From Planctomycetota bacterium (lineage in GTDB: Bacteria > Planctomycetota > JAJSAM01 > JAJVHW01), in contig CBDFJG010000003.1 of the NCBI GenBank assembly GCA_965248445.1, forward strand, positions 128,001 to 192,000: a stretch of DNA of 64,000 nucleotides, written 5' to 3'. A program made the position numbers and the translations under genes. The notes under the pieces were generated by a model. The model made no database searches, had not been told where the DNA came from, and saw only the letters and a list, made by a program, of their open reading frames with translations. Below, one piece after another: positions 60,982 through 64,000 of this stretch. Numbering within the stretch: position 1 is the first letter of the stretch; every line of letters starts with the position of its first letter.

Positions 60982-61025
60982 GGCACGCCGAGCAGGACTC
61001 GAACCTGCGACCTGCGGATTAGAAA
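60982..61025 (-). other. 3' half of tRNA-Arg(UCU), probable prophage attachment site
   Basis: TTTCTAA-TCCGC-AGGTC-GCAGG-TTCGAGT-CCTGC-TCGGCGT-G-CC; no D-arm or 5' acceptor strand upstream. Confidence 0.8.
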
Positions 61026-61160
61026 GGCGCGGAATTTCGAGCCTGACCCCCCGGTCGGCCTCGCCTCGCGCGCTCCGATGCGCCCCCCAACGCCCTCGAC
61101 GGCGTTCGTAGCGGTCCCCGACCCGGTCCCCGTTTCCCACACCCCGAGGAGTGCCCTGCG

Positions 61161-61562
61161 ATGAGAGCCGATCACACGTCCCCGCTCACGATCTCCACGG
61201 TTGCCCACGGCGCCGTCCCGGAGCTCTTCACACGCGAGCTCGCTCGCGTGATCGAGAACACGCTCGACCCGAACACGGACGCGACGGCGAAGCGGAAGAT
61301 CCGAATCGATATCACGTTCAAGCCGAACGAGAGCCGTCGCGAATCGAGCGTCGAGGTTGTCGCTCGCTCGATGCTGGCCGACTTCAACGGAGCCGGCGGG
61401 ACGGTCTTCATGGGCCGCCAGAAGGGGCTCCCGGTCGGCCTGAGCTACGACCCCGATCAGCTTCAGATCGAGTTCGACGACGCCGACCCGATCCGCGCGG
61501 TCGGCGCCGGCGAACACCTGGACGAAGACACCGGAGAGATCACCGCGGCGAAGACCGCATAG
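61161..61562 (+). CDS. Conserved phage protein (often annotated replication terminator protein; YfdP-like)
   Basis: GAV.E.F.REL..V.EN..DPNT.A...RKI...I.FKP motif; GAGGAG RBS. Confidence 0.7.
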   Translation: MRADHTSPLTISTVAHGAVPELFTRELARVIENTLDPNTDATAKRKIRIDITFKPNESRRESSVEVVARSMLADFNGAGGTVFMGRQKGLPVGLSYDPDQLQIEFDDADPIRAVGAGEHLDEDTGEITAAKTA

Positions 61563-61593
61563 AGCCCGCCGAGGCGGGCGGAGGAGAGACAGA

Positions 61594-62364
61594 GTGAACG
61601 AGAAGAGCGACGTCGCCACGATGGGCGACCAGATCGAGCGGCTGACGATGGAGGCGGCGGGGAAGCTCGTCACGATCGGCGGAGAGGACTTCTCGCAGCT
61701 CCAGCTCTACCGACCGCCCCCGACCCCGAGGGAGGACATCCCCGCGACCCTCGATTTCGCGACGCTGCTGAGCTTCGCGGAGTACATCACGGCGTACCCG
61801 GACGAAGACTTCCTCGACGAACACGGCACGACGTTCGTGCACGTCGAGAGCCCGACGAGCGTCCGGCTCGTGACGAGCATCTTCGGCGGCCGGAATCAGC
61901 GCGCGGTCGTCGCGAGAGCGACGGCGATCGTCCCTCAAGTCCCGCTCGACGAGTATCAGACGGTCGAGGACTTCGTGATCGGCCTACAGGCCCTCTACGT
62001 CGAGAACGCGACGCGCGCGGACGTGCTGAAGCTCGTCGGGAACCTGAAGGACGAGACCGTCGGCGAGGTCATGGACGACGGGAAGACTCAGGTCGTGAAG
62101 GCCCGCGTCGGCGTCGTCTCGATCGCGGAGGTCGAGATACAGAACCCGGTCCGGCTGGCCCCCTACCGGACGTTCGGAGAGGTCTCTCAGCCGGAGAGCG
62201 ACTTCGTCCTCCGGGTGAAGGGCGGCGGCCCCGGCCGGCTCCCGAATGTCGCCCTATTCCTGGCTGACGGGGGCCTCTGGCGGCTCCCGGCGATCGACGC
62301 CGTGAAGGCCTGGCTCGTGGCCTACTTCAGCGAGCACGACGTCTCCCTCGGCGTCTACGGCTGA
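61594..62364 (+). CDS. Conserved phage protein (possibly YfdQ/DUF2303-like), partner of the upstream gene
   Basis: HVESPTSV, NPVRLAPYRTF.EV.QPES.F, ALF.ADGG.W motifs. Confidence 0.7.
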   Translation: MNEKSDVATMGDQIERLTMEAAGKLVTIGGEDFSQLQLYRPPPTPREDIPATLDFATLLSFAEYITAYPDEDFLDEHGTTFVHVESPTSVRLVTSIFGGRNQRAVVARATAIVPQVPLDEYQTVEDFVIGLQALYVENATRADVLKLVGNLKDETVGEVMDDGKTQVVKARVGVVSIAEVEIQNPVRLAPYRTFGEVSQPESDFVLRVKGGGPGRLPNVALFLADGGLWRLPAIDAVKAWLVAYFSEHDVSLGVYG

Positions 62365-62437
62365 CCTCAGACGCGAGGGGAGCGAAGGCCGCTCAGGTCT
62401 GCCCCCTCGCACACCCCCCGACGAAAGGCTCTCCCCG

Positions 62438-63067
62438 ATGCTCCTCCCCGACCGCGAGGCCCTCGCCTTTCTGATCCTTGCCCGAGCCGCCGCCCGCGTC
62501 GTCTCGGGCGGCGACCTCGCCTCCCGAATGAAGACGGCCGCCGAGGTCTTCGGCGACGTCGACGCCGAGGGGGACGATCGCGCCGACGCCGCCGAAGAGG
62601 CCGCCGGGGTCGCCCTCGAAATGCTGAAGGCCGCGGGGCTCGAGAAGGCCGTCGAGATCCCGCACGTCGTCGCGGAGGCCGTTCGCCTCGCTAACACGAT
62701 CGGGAGGGTGGGGGCGACGCCCTCGCTCGAACCCCAGGCCGACGAGCCGACCCCGGCGCCTGAGCCGGCCGTCTCGGTCTACTCCGACCGGGAAGTCGTC
62801 GAGTCGATCCTGACGGCGGCCGGCGGCAAGGGCTGGACGTGCGAGGGGGACGGGCTCACGAAGGCCGCCCAGGTCTTCGCCGACGCTCGCGTCGTCGCGG
62901 TGAAGAAGGCCGCAACCGATGCCGGCCACGAGCTCGCCGAGCTTCGCAACGTGATCGCCGACGTCGAGACGGGCTTCGTCAACGTCGGCGACCTGGCGCC
63001 GGCCTACGTCGCGCGGACGTGCCTCGACTTCGTCGTCGCCGCCCTGACCCGGGCGGGGCTCCGATGA
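62438..63067 (+). CDS. Phage hypothetical protein
   Basis: GAAAGG upstream; ATGA-coupled to a next gene that is cut after about 10 codons. Confidence 0.6.
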   Translation: MLLPDREALAFLILARAAARVVSGGDLASRMKTAAEVFGDVDAEGDDRADAAEEAAGVALEMLKAAGLEKAVEIPHVVAEAVRLANTIGRVGATPSLEPQADEPTPAPEPAVSVYSDREVVESILTAAGGKGWTCEGDGLTKAAQVFADARVVAVKKAATDAGHELAELRNVIADVETGFVNVGDLAPAYVARTCLDFVVAALTRAGLR

Positions 63068-63094
63068 AAGACGGCGGCCTCCTCCGCCGGGCCA

Positions 63095-63817
63095 GAAGGA
63101 ACGGGGCCGGGTGTGCTGGCTGTGGGCGGCGGAGAGCGAGCACGCCACAGCCTTCGGGATCGATCGCCGCCGCAGTGCCAAGGCGAAAGGGCGGCTGATC
63201 GGGCGGCGCTTCGGTGGCACGGTGATCAGCGACCGGATGGGTGCCTACGAGTCACACCCACTTGCCCGCCGCCAGCTCTGCTGGGCGCACATCGAGCGCG
63301 CCTTCCGTGCGCTGGCCGAAGGCCCGCGAGGACATCGCCGCTTCGGCAACAAGGGCGTCATGATCGCGCAGTCGGTCATGCGCAGCTACCGGCTCTTCGG
63401 TGAGCACGGCGACCGTGACCGGCTGCAAGGCGAAGCCGCTGTGCTGCGCGGACGGCTCGAGCGACTGATCGCGAACGACGACTCGGCTCTGGCCAACCAT
63501 CTGCGCCCCCGCGTGGTCGCCCTCTTCACCTATGCGCGGACCCAGGACGTGAGTCCGACGAACAACGCCGCCGAGCGCGCGGTCCGCAAAGCGGTGCTCT
63601 GGCGCAAGGGCTCCTTCGGAAGCCAGTCCGCTCGCGGACTCCGCTTCGCCGAGCGCGTGTTGACCGCCGCGGCCACGCTGCGACGCCGTGGCGACCAAGT
63701 CTTCGACTTCCTCGCCGACTCGGTCGCCGCGCACCTCACCGGCGCCGACCCGCCCGTCATGGTCCCGCTGCCCGTCGCACGCTGAGGCTCACACGCTGTC
63801 AAGGGGTGAACGGTTAC
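63095..63817 (+). mobile_element. 3' fragment (723 bp) of IS66-B
   Basis: Matches 35622-36344 with one difference seen (C35939 vs A63412); right IR retained. Confidence 0.95.
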
Positions 63818-63888
63818 CGTCGTCCGGCCGGACGACGAGAGGTCAGACGCCCGCCGCCGGCGTCACGCACGTCACGAGATACGCCGCG

Positions 63889-63999
63889 TCAGCGTTCCCA
63901 GTCGGCCACGCGGAGCTTCTCCGCGCCGGGGCCGGTCGTCGGCGCGTTCTCGCTGACGAGGACGATCGAGGGTGTGGCGTTGCCGGCGAGGTCTTCGAT
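63889..63999 (-). CDS. 3' end of a gene entering from beyond the window
   Basis: Open frame IEDLAGNATPSIVLVSENAPTTGPGAEKLRVADWER*. Confidence 0.45.
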   Translation of the reverse strand: MEDLAGNATPSIVLVSENAPTTGPGAEKLRVADWER

Positions 64000-64000
64000 C

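Larger units (their letters stand above)
61026..63094 (+). mobile_element. Prophage 3 remnant
   Basis: Phage-type gene pair next to the tRNA fragment; cut off by an IS66-B fragment. Confidence 0.7.

Noticed and set aside
60982..61060. A second complete tRNA
   Set aside because: The anticodon stem pairs only 3 of 5 and no D-arm or 5' acceptor strand is present; treated as an att remnant

Overview
High-GC bacterial window. The gene content (ECF sigma with a vWA partner, DUF1570-type peptidase, kinase-ATPase-TPR protein) suggests Planctomycetota, by inference only. It is a mosaic of three prophage pieces and host DNA. (1) 1-24941 is a podovirus-like prophage: end of a replication gene, a Tad1/Acb2-like anti-defence sponge, a reverse-oriented serine-recombinase cassette, then terminase, portal, scaffold, capsid, adaptor and tail genes; it is cut off at an inverted 112-bp IS66 left end. 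(2) 25054-27387 is a terS plus intein-containing, truncated terL from a second phage. (3) ~27400-60900 is host DNA: two single-ORF IS66 elements, an IS1595 element, a frameshifted ECF/anti-sigma pair, a NitT/TauT ABC transporter, an intact ECF/vWA pair, a W/Mo operon (NuoEF-like subunit, SdaA, MobA-MoaD fusion, AOR, FdhF), an HNH relic, a kinase-ATPase-TPR gene and tRNA-His. (4) ~60982-63094 is a third prophage stub beginning at a tRNA-Arg(UCU) 3' half (att site) and cut off by a 723-bp IS66 3' fragment. None of the three complete IS elements shows an 8-bp target duplication, and several genes carry small indels. This points to IS-driven rearrangement and decay, although assembly artefacts cannot be excluded. 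No CRISPR array, rRNA, integrase or lysis gene was recognised. All family assignments are from motif recognition by eye, not database searches.
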